DNA of 64,000 nucleotides from an uncultured Nitrospinota bacterium (lineage in GTDB: Bacteria; Tectomicrobia; Entotheonellia; J063; CAVPRW01), in contig CAVPRW010000034.1 in NCBI GenBank assembly GCA_963707985.1, forward strand, positions 1-64,000, in the 5' to 3' direction. The notes beneath the pieces are model-generated. The model worked only from the letters and a program-made list of their open reading frames with translations, ran no database searches and had not been told where the DNA came from. Of the stretch, positions 24,043 to 35,669 are shown piece by piece; within the stretch, counting starts at the first letter, position 1; the number at the start of each line of letters is the position of its first letter. Made by a program: the position numbers and the translations under genes.

Positions 24043-26901
24043 GTGAACGGGACAGCCGGCAAAGTCATTGCAATCAAAGGCGCCCGCGAACATAACCTGA
24101 AGGATATCGATGTTACTATCCCGCGCGACCAGCTGGTCGTCATCACTGGCCTGAGCGGTTCCGGCAAGTCGTCCCTGGCCTTCGACACGATTTATGCCGA
24201 GGGACAGCGCCGGTACGTGGAGTCCTTGTCCGCGTATGCCCGGCAGTTCCTGGAACAGATGGATAAGCCTGACGTCGATCTGATTGAGGGGCTATCACCA
24301 GCGATTTCCATTGAGCAAAAAACCACAAGCAAGAATCCACGCTCCACCGTGGGCACGGTCACGGAAATTTACGATTACCTCCGTCTCCTCTTCGCGCGCG
24401 TTGGGATCCCCCACTGCTACCGCTGCGGATGTATCATCGCGACGCAGACGGTGCAACAGATCGTCGATCAAGTTATGCAGCTGCCAACGACCTTGCGCAT
24501 CCAGGTGCTGTCCCCCCTGGTGCGAGGACGCAAAGGAGAATATCGCAAGGAGCTTGAAGAATTACGCCGGCAGGGGTATACCCGCGCCCGTGTGGATGGG
24601 GAGATTCGCGAGCTGACTGAGAAAATCGATCTCGACAGGATGAAAAACCATACGATTGCGGCGGTCATCGACCGCCTAATCATCAAGCCGGGGATCGAAA
24701 AGCGCCTGGCGGATTCCATCGAGACCGCGATGAACCTCGCTGACGGTATCGTAGCCATCGACACAATGGACGGCAACGAGCTTGTCTTCAGCGAGAAATT
24801 CGCCTGTATTACCTGTGGCATCAGCTACGCCGAGCTCACCCCACGGCTGTTTTCATTCAACAGTCCACACGGGGCCTGCCCCGAATGCGATGGGTTGGGC
24901 TTTAAGCAACACCTCGACATCGACTTCATCGTCCCAGACTGCAGTAAATCACTCCGTCATGGGGCGATTAAACCCTGGGATGGACAGCCACCGGTGTATC
25001 TGCAACAGATGCTGGAAGCGCTGGCTGGTCACTATGGTTTCGATCTTGACACCCCCTTCGACCAGCTCGGTAGTACCGTGCAGGACGTCATCCTGTATGG
25101 CTCGCGCGGCGAAAAGATCCGGTTTTTCTACGATAAGGGGGGCAAACGCCATCATTATCAGCAGGAATTCGAAGGGGTGGTGCCGTCTCTGGAGCGCAAG
25201 TACCTCACTGAACGCGAAACGTATGAGGGTGAGGACCTCGAATCATACATCAGCCTCAGGCCTTGCGCACGGTGTCAGGGTGCACGCCTTCGCCCGGAAA
25301 GCTTGGCAGTGAAGATTGCCGGCAAATCGATCGCCGAGGTCACCGCCTTTTCGGTGCGGCAGGCACTGCAATTCTGCAGTGCCCTTCAATTGACGCCCCA
25401 GCAGCTGTTCATTGCCGAACGCGTCCTGAAGGAGATTCGCGAGCGGCTCCAGTTTCTCGTCAACGTCGGCCTCGATTACCTGACCCTCGATCGCGCCGCT
25501 GCTACACTTTCGGGGGGGGAAGGCCAGCGGATTCGCCTGGCCACTCAGATCGGCTCAAGTCTTGTCGGCGTCTTGTATATTCTCGATGAGCCCAGTATCG
25601 GCTTGCATCCGCGTGATAACCGACGCTTACTTGAAACGCTCGAACATTTGCGGGATTTGGGCAACACCGTGATTGTCGTCGAACACGACCGCGACACTAT
25701 TGTCGCCGGGGACTATGTCATCGATCTTGGCCCCGGGGCGGGCGTCCATGGTGGGTATATCGTGGCACAGGGAACCCCGGAAGAAATCTGCCGCGACGAC
25801 TCGTCAATCACTGGACAATATCTCTCGGGTCGCCTGGATATTGCTGTCCCTGTTACGCGACGACCTGGGAATGGAAAATTCCTCACGCTCGTTGGCGCCT
25901 CCGAAAATAATCTACGCGATATCACCGTGAAGATCCCACTCGGCGTCTTCACGTGTATTACGGGGGTCTCCGGGTCCGGCAAAAGCACCCTGCTCATCGA
26001 TGTGTTGTATCGCGCACTGGCGCAACGGCTCTATCGCAGCCCACACAAGCCTGGTCGCCACCAGGAGCTCTGCGGCGTCGAGCACATCGACAAAGTCATC
26101 GATATCGACCAATCGCCCATCGGCCGCACACCGCGGTCCAACCCCGCGACGTATACGGGTGTGTTCACCGATATCCGCAACCTGTTCTCACAAGTGCCAG
26201 AAGGTCGCATGCGCGGCTACAAGCCCGGCCGTTTCAGTTTTAACGTCAAAGGGGGACGCTGTGAAGCCTGCCAGGGCAACGGTGTCCTCAAGATCGAGAT
26301 GCATTTTTTGCCCGACATCTATGTCAATTGCGACATCTGCAAGGGCAAGCGCTTCAATCGCGAAACGTTGGAGATCAAATACAAAGGCAAAAGTATCGCC
26401 GAAGTGCTCGAGATGACCGTCGATGAAGCGCTGGCGTTCTTCGCTAACGTACCGCCGCTGAAGGACAAGTTGGAGACCCTATCGGATGTGGGCTTAGGTT
26501 ACATCACGCTCGGCCAGGCGGCCACAACCCTGTCCGGTGGTGAGGCCCAGCGGGTAAAGCTCGCCAAAGAATTGAGTCGCCGCAATACCGGTCGCACTCT
26601 CTACATCCTCGATGAACCGACGACTGGCCTGCATTTCGCCGACATTCAACAACTGCTCCATGTGCTCAATCGTCTCGTTGACCTAGGCAACACGGTGCTA
26701 GTCATCGAGCACAACTTGGATGTGATGAAGACTGCCGACTATATCATCGACCTAGGCCCCGAGGGAGGTGACGCGGGAGGAGAAGTAGTCGCCAGCGGTA
26801 CGCCGGAGGAAGTGGCTCGGGTGCAGTACTCGCATACTGGACAGTTCCTGTCGGACGTGTTACGAAGCCCCAGTGCACGCAACTTAGCGATTGCCACGTA
26901 A
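24043..26901 (+). CDS. uvrA: Excinuclease ABC subunit A
   Basis: GAREHNLK, two Walker A motifs ([16 protein letters not shown]), Zn fingers, LSGGE. Confidence 0.98.
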   Translation: MNGTAGKVIAIKGAREHNLKDIDVTIPRDQLVVITGLSGSGKSSLAFDTIYAEGQRRYVESLSAYARQFLEQMDKPDVDLIEGLSPAISIEQKTTSKNPRSTVGTVTEIYDYLRLLFARVGIPHCYRCGCIIATQTVQQIVDQVMQLPTTLRIQVLSPLVRGRKGEYRKELEELRRQGYTRARVDGEIRELTEKIDLDRMKNHTIAAVIDRLIIKPGIEKRLADSIETAMNLADGIVAIDTMDGNELVFSEKFACITCGISYAELTPRLFSFNSPHGACPECDGLGFKQHLDIDFIVPDCSKSLRHGAIKPWDGQPPVYLQQMLEALAGHYGFDLDTPFDQLGSTVQDVILYGSRGEKIRFFYDKGGKRHHYQQEFEGVVPSLERKYLTERETYEGEDLESYISLRPCARCQGARLRPESLAVKIAGKSIAEVTAFSVRQALQFCSALQLTPQQLFIAERVLKEIRERLQFLVNVGLDYLTLDRAAATLSGGEGQRIRLATQIGSSLVGVLYILDEPSIGLHPRDNRRLLETLEHLRDLGNTVIVVEHDRDTIVAGDYVIDLGPGAGVHGGYIVAQGTPEEICRDDSSITGQYLSGRLDIAVPVTRRPGNGKFLTLVGASENNLRDITVKIPLGVFTCITGVSGSGKSTLLIDVLYRALAQRLYRSPHKPGRHQELCGVEHIDKVIDIDQSPIGRTPRSNPATYTGVFTDIRNLFSQVPEGRMRGYKPGRFSFNVKGGRCEACQGNGVLKIEMHFLPDIYVNCDICKGKRFNRETLEIKYKGKSIAEVLEMTVDEALAFFANVPPLKDKLETLSDVGLGYITLGQAATTLSGGEAQRVKLAKELSRRNTGRTLYILDEPTTGLHFADIQQLLHVLNRLVDLGNTVLVIEHNLDVMKTADYIIDLGPEGGDAGGEVVASGTPEEVARVQYSHTGQFLSDVLRSPSARNLAIAT

Positions 26902-26973
26902 GTAGCCGTGACATCACCCCCTCCTTCATAAGGATAGAGCCAGCTTCTCGGCTCTCGTCCACGCCCAGAAGAT

Positions 26974-27750
26974 ATGCGGACGCTAAAACTTGTGGTAGAA
27001 TACGATGGATTTGATTACTGCGGCTGGCAAGTGCAATCTGAGGTTCCAACTCTGCAGGGTGTGGTCGAAGCAGCCCTGGAGAAGATCCTCGGGGAGCACG
27101 TCCGCATCCATGGGGCAGGGCGGACCGATGCCAAGGTGCATGCTTTGGGGCAGGTGGCGAGTTTTCGGTGTCCCTCCGATATCCCTGCCACAGCCCTGCA
27201 GCGGGCCTTGAACAGTCTCTTGCCACGTGATGTGGTGGTGCATGAGGTGCAGGATGTCCCGGTGGATTTTCATGCGCGCTTTTCGGCGCTCGGCAAGGTG
27301 TACACCTATCGAATTCTCAATCGACCCACACGAGCGCCATTGCAGTTACGCTATACCTGGCATATCCCACAGGCATTGGACGTACCAGCGATGGCGCTGG
27401 CGGCACTGAGCCTACATGGGACTCACGACTTTAGATCGTTCCAGGCGACGGGAAGTGAGGTCAAGACGACCGAACGCACCTTGCTGGAGCTGGGTATCGC
27501 CCGCGAGGGGGATGAGATTGTGGTTTCCTGTGCGGCCAACGGTTTTCTGCGTCACATGGTACGCAACCTCGTCGGAACGTTGATCGAAGTGGGACGGGGG
27601 ATGCGGTCGCCAGTTGATGTCAAACGTATTCTGGACGGTTGCGATCGTCAATTAGCCGGGGTTACGGCTCCGCCTCAAGGTCTTTGTCTGATGCGAGTCA
27701 TGTACCCGGCAAAGGAGCACGCCTGCACCGACGCAGATGCCGGCTCATAA
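26974..27750 (+). CDS. truA: tRNA pseudouridine(38-40) synthase
   Basis: YDG..GWQ, GAGRTDAKVHA, FLRHMVR. Confidence 0.96.
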   Translation: MRTLKLVVEYDGFDYCGWQVQSEVPTLQGVVEAALEKILGEHVRIHGAGRTDAKVHALGQVASFRCPSDIPATALQRALNSLLPRDVVVHEVQDVPVDFHARFSALGKVYTYRILNRPTRAPLQLRYTWHIPQALDVPAMALAALSLHGTHDFRSFQATGSEVKTTERTLLELGIAREGDEIVVSCAANGFLRHMVRNLVGTLIEVGRGMRSPVDVKRILDGCDRQLAGVTAPPQGLCLMRVMYPAKEHACTDADAGS

Positions 27751-27813
27751 CCCCTGCGCCCTGGTCTGCACTCGTCGTGACTGCTTTGACCGCCTCTTTT
27801 GGAGATTAGGCAG

Positions 27814-29286
27814 ATGTATTATCCTTCCTTCGACGCATTCAAAGCGAAGGCGAGTCAGGGTAACCTGATTCCGGTCTATCGCGAAATCATGGCAGACCTC
27901 GAAACCCCGGTGGCGGCTTTTCTGAAACTGGACCGGGGAGATTTTTCATTCCTCCTGGAAAGTGTCGAGGGCGGGGAAAAATGGGGTCGCTACTGCTTCT
28001 TGGGGGGTGAGCCATCAATCGTCTTTCAGAGCAAGGGCCGGCGCGTGGAGATCACCCGTGACGGGCATGCAGAAGTTCAGGAGGGCGTGGACCCTCTGGA
28101 CGCCCTCAAACAACTGATGGGGGCATTCCATCCCGTCGAGGTCGAGGGTCTGCCCCGTTTCTTCGGCGGTGCAGTCGGCTATCTCAGCTATGACATGGTG
28201 CGCTTTTTCGAGCGTCTACCGGATCAGACCGTCGATGACCTCAACGTTCCAGACTCGATGTTCATGCTTACGGACACGATCGTGATCTTCGATCATATGC
28301 TCCAAAAGATCAAAGTGGTCTCCAATGCTCTGGTCGACGGTCCGCCAGAGAAAGCTTACCAACAGGCGATTGCCAAAATCGAACAGCTGATCGCGCGCTT
28401 GCGCCAGCCCCTCCCACCGCGACCAGCACGGCAACTGCCTGAGGGGCCGTTGGCACTGACCTCAACCTTCGCCAAACAGGCCTATGAACGGGTTGTGGAG
28501 CGTGCCAAGGAATACATCCGCGCCGGCGACATCATCCAAGTAGTGCCGTCTCAGCGCCTGGAGGCCGCAATCGATGTCGATCCCTTCGATATCTATCGCA
28601 CCCTGCGGACGGTGAATCCCTCACCCTACATGTTTTACCTCAAATTTCGCGATCTCCGGCTCGTCGGCTCATCACCAGAGGTCAATGTTCGCCTGGAGGG
28701 CTCGCTCATCGAGCTGCGGCCGCTTGCCGGGACGCGGCGTCGAGGACGGCACGCCGCCGAAGACCAGGAAATCACCGCCGAACTGATGCAAGACCCCAAG
28801 GAGCGGGCCGAGCACATCATGCTCGTGGATTTGGGGCGCAACGATGTCGGCCGCGTGGCCAAGATTGGCAGCGTCAAAGTCACCGAGCTGCTGCAGGTCG
28901 AAAAGTACTCCCATGTCATGCATCTAGTCTCACATGTGGTGGGTGAGCTGGCGGCAGGCAAAGACTGCTACGATGTCATGCGCGCCACCTTTCCGCAGGG
29001 GACGGTTTCGGGCGCACCGAAGATCCGCGCCATGGAAATCATCGAAGAGCTAGAGCCGACGAAGCGCGGCCCCTACGCCGGTGCCGTCGGTTACTTCAGC
29101 TATTCGGGGAACATGGATACCTGCATCGCATTACGCACCATGACGGTCAAGGGCAATACCGCCTTCGTACAAGCCGGTGGTGGCGTGGTGGCGGATTCGG
29201 TGCCAGAGCTGGAATACGAAGAAACGCTGAACAAAGCCAGGGCGTTGATGCGGGCCATCGAATTGGCGCGGGCAGGGATTGAATAA
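27814..29286 (+). CDS. trpE: Anthranilate synthase component I
   Basis: FLLESVEGGEKWGRY, NPSPYMF, EHIMLVDLGRND, SGAPKIRAM. Confidence 0.95.
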   Translation: MYYPSFDAFKAKASQGNLIPVYREIMADLETPVAAFLKLDRGDFSFLLESVEGGEKWGRYCFLGGEPSIVFQSKGRRVEITRDGHAEVQEGVDPLDALKQLMGAFHPVEVEGLPRFFGGAVGYLSYDMVRFFERLPDQTVDDLNVPDSMFMLTDTIVIFDHMLQKIKVVSNALVDGPPEKAYQQAIAKIEQLIARLRQPLPPRPARQLPEGPLALTSTFAKQAYERVVERAKEYIRAGDIIQVVPSQRLEAAIDVDPFDIYRTLRTVNPSPYMFYLKFRDLRLVGSSPEVNVRLEGSLIELRPLAGTRRRGRHAAEDQEITAELMQDPKERAEHIMLVDLGRNDVGRVAKIGSVKVTELLQVEKYSHVMHLVSHVVGELAAGKDCYDVMRATFPQGTVSGAPKIRAMEIIEELEPTKRGPYAGAVGYFSYSGNMDTCIALRTMTVKGNTAFVQAGGGVVADSVPELEYEETLNKARALMRAIELARAGIE

Positions 29287-29354
29287 CGGCGCTCCTGTCG
29301 GTCAGGCAAGCCTGAGCACTAATGCCATTGATCGCAGATGAAGGGGGGATGGGC

Positions 29355-30362
29355 ATGATCGTGGCCGCGATCGGCAAGTTAGTTGAGCAGCAGGACTTGA
29401 CAGAAGAGGAAGCCGCGCAAGCCATGCGGCAGATCATGGAGGGAGGAGCTACCCCAGCCCAGATCGCCGCCTTCCTCATCGCCCTGCGCAGCAAAGGGGA
29501 AACCATCGAGGAGATCACCGGCTGCGCCCGGGTTATGCGGGAAAAAGCCACGACCATCCGAGCACCCTACCCCAATGTGATCGATACCTGCGGTACCGGC
29601 GGAGACGGCTCGCAAACCTTTAATATCTCGACTACGGCGGCGTTTGTCGTGGCCGGGGCTGGCGTGCCGGTTGCCAAACATGGCAACCGCGCCATGTCGA
29701 GTCGTTGCGGTAGCGCAGATCTCCTGCAGGCACTAGGGGTGACGATCGAGCTCGGCCCCGAGAGGGCCGAGACGTGTCTGGCGGAGGTGGGTATCACATT
29801 TCTCTTCGCACCCCTGTTCCACAGCGCCATGCGACATGCTATCGGCCCGCGACGCGAGATCGGTGTGCGTACCATCTTTAACATCCTCGGCCCACTTACC
29901 AATCCAGCTGGGGCGAAGCGGCAGCTTTTGGGCGTCGCTCAGCAGCAGTTCGCTGAGCCCATGGCCCGAGTGTTGGGCAACCTCGGTTCCACGCGAGCCT
30001 TTGTGGTGCATGGCGCCGATGGTCTGGACGAAATCACCATCAGCGGGGACACCCAGATCACCGTCCTCGATGAAGGCCGGATTACCTCATATACCATTAC
30101 CCCTGAGCAATTCGGGCTCCGCCGCGCTCCTCTGGGCGCCATATCGGGCGGAGAGGCCCCACAAAACGCAGACATCACCATGGCAATACTGGAAGGGAAG
30201 CTGGGGCCTCATCGGGATGTGGTCTTACTCAATGCCGCAGCAGCACTCGCCGTCGCTGGCTCTGCTACCGATCTGGAGGCAGGTCTGCGGTTGGCGGCGC
30301 ATGCGATCGATTCCGGAGCCGCCCTAGAAAAACTGCGACGCCTGCAACGTTTCACGGCGTAG
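29355..30362 (+). CDS. trpD: Anthranilate phosphoribosyltransferase
   Basis: [25 protein letters not shown]. Confidence 0.96.
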   Translation: MIVAAIGKLVEQQDLTEEEAAQAMRQIMEGGATPAQIAAFLIALRSKGETIEEITGCARVMREKATTIRAPYPNVIDTCGTGGDGSQTFNISTTAAFVVAGAGVPVAKHGNRAMSSRCGSADLLQALGVTIELGPERAETCLAEVGITFLFAPLFHSAMRHAIGPRREIGVRTIFNILGPLTNPAGAKRQLLGVAQQQFAEPMARVLGNLGSTRAFVVHGADGLDEITISGDTQITVLDEGRITSYTITPEQFGLRRAPLGAISGGEAPQNADITMAILEGKLGPHRDVVLLNAAAALAVAGSATDLEAGLRLAAHAIDSGAALEKLRRLQRFTA

Positions 30363-30413
30363 CGACCACCGATACTAGGCCCCATTAACCATTCCCGCAG
30401 CTCAGGTGTCAGC

Positions 30414-31607
30414 ATGACATTACCCCTTACCGGGTTGCGCGTCCTGGATTTGAGTCGAGTACTGTCGGGTCCATACTGCACCATGCTGCTGGCCGACATG
30501 GGTGCCGAGGTCATCAAGGTCGAGGTCCCTGGCGAAGGGGACCTCACGCGCGGCAAAGGTGACCCGGAGTCAGAGGCCCGTGGTGGGCAGCCTGTATTCT
30601 TCGATCTGAATCGCAACAAGAAGAGCCTCACCCTCAATCTCAAGGCCGAAGCGGGAAAAGAAGTCTTCAAGCATTTAGCCGAGACCGCGGATGTACTGGT
30701 GGAGAACTATCGGCCGGATGTCATGGATCGGCTGGGCTTGGGGTACACGGTCCTCAGACAGATCAATCCCCGGTTAATCTATTGCGGCATCTCCGGATTT
30801 GGGAAGACCGGGCCATACAGCCTCTGGCCAGCTTACGACCAAATCGCCCAAGGGATGTCAGGGCTGATGAGCGTCACTGGCGATCGCCATAGTGCTCCGA
30901 TGCGTGTGGGGGTATCCATCGCTGATACGATTGCCGGGCTCTTCGCGACCTGTGGGATTTTACTGGCTTTGACGCATCGTCAGCACACTGGGCGGGGGCA
31001 GGAAGTTGAAGCGAACCTCCTCGATGGCCTCATCAGCATGTTCACAGCCCGCGCCGCAAATTTCCTTGAAAGCGGCGTGCTAGTTCCCCCGGTGGGCAAC
31101 CATCTCCATGACCTCGGCCCAGCCGGGACGTTCGAGACGCAGGACGGGCACATCAACATCACCGCCTGGCCCAATGCGGCGTTTCGTCGTTTGTGTGTGG
31201 CTCTCGAGTTGGGAGAGTTGTGGACCGACAGCCGCTTTACCACGCCCCACCGACGCACCACACATCGTGATACGCTTACCGACATCCTCAACACCACGCT
31301 GCGGCAACGGACCACAGCGGACTGGATGGGTATCCTCCATGAACATCACATCCCCTGCGGCCCGATTCTCAATCTACAACAAGTCTTCGCGGACCCACAG
31401 GTACAGCATAACGGCATGGTGCTCGAGCACCACCATCCCACGGCCGGGCATCGACGGTTGCTCGGGTTTCCGATGCGGCTAAGCGACGCGCAGGTGGATA
31501 TTCACCTCCCAGCCCCGGCGTTGGGCGAGCATACAGAATCGCTACTGACCAGGTTAGGCTACTCTCCAGAACGGATTGAAGAGCTCCGGCGTGACGAGGT
31601 GCTATAG
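30414..31607 (+). CDS. Family III (CaiB/BaiF) CoA-transferase
   Basis: RVLDLSRVLSGP, LADMGAEVIKVE, NRNKKS, AYD..AQGMSG, APALGEHT. Confidence 0.92.
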   Translation: MTLPLTGLRVLDLSRVLSGPYCTMLLADMGAEVIKVEVPGEGDLTRGKGDPESEARGGQPVFFDLNRNKKSLTLNLKAEAGKEVFKHLAETADVLVENYRPDVMDRLGLGYTVLRQINPRLIYCGISGFGKTGPYSLWPAYDQIAQGMSGLMSVTGDRHSAPMRVGVSIADTIAGLFATCGILLALTHRQHTGRGQEVEANLLDGLISMFTARAANFLESGVLVPPVGNHLHDLGPAGTFETQDGHINITAWPNAAFRRLCVALELGELWTDSRFTTPHRRTTHRDTLTDILNTTLRQRTTADWMGILHEHHIPCGPILNLQQVFADPQVQHNGMVLEHHHPTAGHRRLLGFPMRLSDAQVDIHLPAPALGEHTESLLTRLGYSPERIEELRRDEVL

Positions 31608-31839
31608 GCACTCGTGTAGACGCTGCGGCGACCGGCTCAGCAGAGCGGTTTTTCCCTGATGCATCGCCGATTCAGACCATGGATCATGTCCGTGCCTATG
31701 CGCTCACGCAATCTGCGCAGTAAAACTCATGGGACGGCTGGTAATTCATGCACTCATCGCCTCTCACCTGAGAGCTACCTGGAGAAGAGGATTTCGTCGG
31801 GGACAGACGACCCCCTCCTATCTGCTTGGTCTGACGATT

Positions 31840-32241
31840 TTACGATTTCACTACTGTGGACCAACGACGCCGTGCCCACAGCCAGATCCCAGCGACCACG
31901 CCAGCCGCCGTGGTATCCGCCAAAAGGTCATATCCACTCATGACGCGGTTGGGTGTAAACGCTTGGTGGAGTTCATCAGAGGCACCGTAGAGAACGACCA
32001 GGATGACTGCCCATATGGCGAGCCATGAAATGGAGGCGCGTATAGCATATGTCAAGGACAAAGCGCGAATCAGCAAAAAGGTGAGGCCACCGAATTCGAT
32101 GAAGTGACAGAGCTTGTCAAAGTAGGGTAGATCAAAGCTTGAGACCAATGGCGGATCTGACAGAGACGAACCGATGGAAATGCCACCAGCATAGAGAGCA
32201 ACCAATAGCCAAGCAGCTGTAGACCGAAGAACCAATTGCAT
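31840..32241 (-). CDS. VanZ-family membrane protein
   Basis: DKLCHF, YGASDELHQAFTPNR, DLLAD. Confidence 0.85.
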   Translation of the reverse strand: MQLVLRSTAAWLLVALYAGGISIGSSLSDPPLVSSFDLPYFDKLCHFIEFGGLTFLLIRALSLTYAIRASISWLAIWAVILVVLYGASDELHQAFTPNRVMSGYDLLADTTAAGVVAGIWLWARRRWSTVVKS

Positions 32242-32528
32242 CCTCGGAACATGTCCTTTTCTGTGAAGAAGTCACCGTGTGGGCAACGACTTTGCCTCAG
32301 TAAAGATGCTGTTGGTACTGCACTTTACAGGGTCTTCACAAGAGTATAACAAATTACCCTGGCAGGCGGAAAGAAAATGTGCTGATGCCTCTCACTTGCC
32401 TCCGTGATGTCTTTCCCATGAAGGGGCTGAATCCCCACCGCGAGAGGCTCGACAATGATCTGGCACTGTGCTATTGTGACCACATTTCCTGGCGATTTAT
32501 AGGGGCGAGAGCATTCATGGGCGGAGCG

Positions 32529-33524
32529 ATGAACGCTGTGAGGCAAACGACCATCACCGCTGAAGCACTTCAGCAAGCGCGGCGTGTGCTTGACCTGGAA
32601 AGCGAGGCGATCGCACGGCTCCATGAACGCCTGGATGCAGAATTTCTCAAGGGCGTGGAAATGATCGGTCAATGTCAGGGTCGCCTCGTGGTTACTGGCA
32701 TGGGAAAATCCGGCCTGATCGGGCGCAAGATCGCGGCCACGTTCGCTAGCCTCGGCATCCCAGCCTTTTTCCTGCATCCCGCTGATGGCGCCCACGGCGA
32801 TGTCGGCATGGTAGCGCGCGGCGATGTCTTGCTTGCGGTATCGAATAGTGGTGAAACCGAAGAGATTTTGCGTCTGCTACCGATCATCAACAATCGTTTC
32901 GGTCTAAAGCTAATCTGCATCACTGGTAGCCCGCATTCAACGCTCGCGAAGCGCAGCGATGTCGTGCTCAACGTGCAGGTCTCACAGGAGGCCGGCCCCT
33001 TTGGCTTGATCCCAACCGCCAGTATCGCGGCAACTTTAGCCATGGGTGATGCACTGGCCATCGCGGTGATGACACATTGCGGGTTTGAGCAGGGAGATTT
33101 CGCGCTGTTCCACCCGGGTGGCCATCTTGGGCGCTGTATCACGCTGATGGTCAGGGATTTAATGCACTGCGATGACGAAATCCCACGCGTGGCCGAGAAT
33201 GCTTCGCTGCATGAGGTGATCATCGAGATGTCTGTCAAGCGCTTGGGCCTAACCTGCGTCGTTGACGGTACCGGGCGCCTGCAGGGACTCATCACCGATG
33301 GTGACTTGCGGCGATCGATGGAACGAATTGCCGACTTGAGGCGTCTAAGAGCCTGTGAGCTAATGAGCAAGCATCCCAAGACCGTTGGGCTTGCCACCCC
33401 AGCCGTTGAGGCACTAGCCCTCATGGAGAAATACTCGATCACCTCTCTATTGATCATTGATGCTGATACGAGACCGATTGGTGTGCTGCATGTGCATGAC
33501 CTGCTTAAAGCTGGATTGACGTGA
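32529..33524 (+). CDS. kdsD: Arabinose-5-phosphate isomerase (SIS + CBS)
   Basis: TGMGKSG, HGDVG, SNSGET, FHPGG, TDGDLRR. Confidence 0.93.
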   Translation: MNAVRQTTITAEALQQARRVLDLESEAIARLHERLDAEFLKGVEMIGQCQGRLVVTGMGKSGLIGRKIAATFASLGIPAFFLHPADGAHGDVGMVARGDVLLAVSNSGETEEILRLLPIINNRFGLKLICITGSPHSTLAKRSDVVLNVQVSQEAGPFGLIPTASIAATLAMGDALAIAVMTHCGFEQGDFALFHPGGHLGRCITLMVRDLMHCDDEIPRVAENASLHEVIIEMSVKRLGLTCVVDGTGRLQGLITDGDLRRSMERIADLRRLRACELMSKHPKTVGLATPAVEALALMEKYSITSLLIIDADTRPIGVLHVHDLLKAGLT

Positions 33525-34054
33525 CGATGCTGACACTTCTCGAACGCGCACGTAAGACCCGCCTGTTGATGATGGATGTGGATGGTGTCCTCACTGATGG
33601 GCGGCTTATCCAGGATGGCCACGGCCGTGAGTTAAAAGTGTTCGATGTCAAAGATGGCCATGGCATCGTCATGGCGCACCGTGCCATGCTGCGCACCGCG
33701 CTTATTAGTGGACGAGCATCTGAGACGATTACGTATCGCGCCGAAGAGTTAGGGATTAAGTTGGTGTTCCAGAAAGTCTGGAATAAACTCGAAGTCTATG
33801 AGAAAATCTTAGTGGACACTGCACTTACCCATGACGAGGTAGCATATATCGGGGATGATTTGATCGACATCCCCTTGTTGCAACGGGTAGGCCTGTCGGT
33901 GGCAGTCGCTGACGCTGTAGATGAGGTCAAAGCCGCCGCTCATTTGGTGACACAGCGCCCCGGCGGTCAGGGGGCTGTGCGTGAAGTGATCGAGTTCATC
34001 CTCAAGGCCCAGGGCCATTGGGACGGCCTGATTGAGCGCTATACCAGAGCCTGA
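33521..34054 (+). CDS. kdsC: KDO 8-phosphate phosphatase
   Basis: DVDGVLTDG, FDVKDGHG, IGDDLID, GGQGAVRE. Confidence 0.93.
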   Translation: MTMLTLLERARKTRLLMMDVDGVLTDGRLIQDGHGRELKVFDVKDGHGIVMAHRAMLRTALISGRASETITYRAEELGIKLVFQKVWNKLEVYEKILVDTALTHDEVAYIGDDLIDIPLLQRVGLSVAVADAVDEVKAAAHLVTQRPGGQGAVREVIEFILKAQGHWDGLIERYTRA

Positions 34055-34071
34055 CCGTTGAAGGGGACATT

Positions 34072-34560
34072 ATGGTCACTAAGCTAAGGACCAATACCAC
34101 CCACATCACACACTTGCTCACCGAGAGCAAAGGATTCACCTTGATTGAAATCATGGTGGTCATCATCATTCTCGGCTTGCTTGCCACGTTGGTCATCCCG
34201 AACATCACTGGATATACCGAAAAGGCCAAACGTGAAAAGGCGCGTGCTGACATCGCCAGTCTTGAAGGCGCGCTAGAGCTGTTTAAAGCCGACAACGGTT
34301 TCTATCCCACCACCGAACAAAGCCTCGACGCGCTGATCGTCAAGCCGTCGACCGGACGTGTGCCGGCGAAGTGGATGGATGGTGGCTACTTCAAGAAAGG
34401 GGTTCCCCTAGACCCATGGGGCAATCGGTATGTGTATTTCGCACCAGGGCGTCGTGGGGAAGGCTATGAGATCATCTCGGTGGGGACCGACGGACAGGAA
34501 AGCGATGATGACATCTCGAGTTCAGATCATCTGGACTCAGGACGGGCTGTCGCTCGTTGA
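34072..34560 (+). CDS. gspG: T2SS major pseudopilin
   Basis: GFTLIEIMVV, YPTTEQSL, DPWGNRY. Confidence 0.93.
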   Translation: MVTKLRTNTTHITHLLTESKGFTLIEIMVVIIILGLLATLVIPNITGYTEKAKREKARADIASLEGALELFKADNGFYPTTEQSLDALIVKPSTGRVPAKWMDGGYFKKGVPLDPWGNRYVYFAPGRRGEGYEIISVGTDGQESDDDISSSDHLDSGRAVAR

Positions 34561-35047
34561 ACTCTCCATCGTCATCCTCCTCCTCAGCTTCCTGCTGCTC
34601 CTCAGTATTCCCCGGTTCGGCGCGGTCTTGGTGGGGCAACGACTCAATAGCAGCGGTCATCTGATCACCGGCATGGTCCGCCATCTGTATGAGCAATCGA
34701 CAGCCAAGCGGCGGGTCTACCGTCTAAACTATCACATCGACGATGGAGAGCTCTGGGTTACCCTCCCGACTGACGAAGGGGAGTTCATCGAGGATCAATC
34801 TTCTACCTTTACCCGCCGGCGCAAGCTCCCCACCAGCATTCAGTTTGAGGACGTCGTTACCGCTGCAGAGAAAGTTAAAGAGGGGCAGACCTACACGCAG
34901 TTTTTTCCGTCAGGGTTGGTCGATCGCACAATTGTCCATCTCCGCGCCGACGACGGCTCGCAGCTGTCTGTGCTGATCCACCCACTCAACGGCCGAGTAA
35001 CCATCGAGCCAGGGTATCGTGAACTGGAAGTGGTGCAAAAGCGCTGA
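34505..35047 (+). CDS. gspH: T2SS minor pseudopilin H
   Basis: GLSLVELSIVILLL prepilin motif; position after gspG. Confidence 0.75.
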   Translation: MMTSRVQIIWTQDGLSLVELSIVILLLSFLLLLSIPRFGAVLVGQRLNSSGHLITGMVRHLYEQSTAKRRVYRLNYHIDDGELWVTLPTDEGEFIEDQSSTFTRRRKLPTSIQFEDVVTAAEKVKEGQTYTQFFPSGLVDRTIVHLRADDGSQLSVLIHPLNGRVTIEPGYRELEVVQKR

Positions 35048-35399
35048 GGGATTCACGCTATTGGAAGTCATGGTGGCGCTAGCCATCATCTCCTTCGCGG
35101 TGGTAACCTATGTGCATTCGCAAAACATCGGTATAGCCCTGCTCAATGAATCGACAAATGTCACGATGGCCACGCTGCTGGCACAGGGACGCATGGTGGT
35201 TTTCGAGAGTAGTGATGTTGCCGGTACCCTGGAGCGGGAAGGAACTTTTGATGACCCTGAATATGCGGCATTTCGGTGGAAGGAGCGGGTGATCTCGACA
35301 CCCCTGCCGAACATTTTCGAGGCGCATGTGGAAGTCTCTTGGGATGATAATCGTGGACGACGCTCTGTGGAATTGATCACCCTGGTTGCCCGCAAATGA
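35019..35399 (+). CDS. gspI: T2SS minor pseudopilin I
   Basis: GFTLLEVMVALAI, ATLLAQ. Confidence 0.8.
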   Translation: MNWKWCKSAEGFTLLEVMVALAIISFAVVTYVHSQNIGIALLNESTNVTMATLLAQGRMVVFESSDVAGTLEREGTFDDPEYAAFRWKERVISTPLPNIFEAHVEVSWDDNRGRRSVELITLVARK

Positions 35400-35643
35400 T
35401 GGCCACGACACCTATCGAGGATCGGGAGCGCTGGCGTGCTGCCGAGGGCTTCACGTTGATGGAGGTAATGATCGCGATTGGGATAATGGCGACCATCCTG
35501 GTGATTTTATATGGCGCATACTCCGCCGCTCTCGTGGCGGCAAACGCATGCCGGCACGTGTGAAAATCACCCTTCTATGGGCGGATCAGCGCGGACCGCT
35601 CCGCCCATTCGAGATGATGACAGACCTTGTGCTCTCACGCTAG
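35396..35643 (+). pseudogene. gspJ: T2SS pseudopilin J with a large internal deletion
   Basis: The ATG35396 frame gives GFTLMEVMIAIGIM...YGAYSAA and stops at 35563 (55 aa). Another frame gives the GspJ-like C-terminus RMPARVKITLLW...* at 35643. Confidence 0.7.
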
Positions 35644-35669
35644 AAGGCCTCGATAAGGTATGGTCAGCT

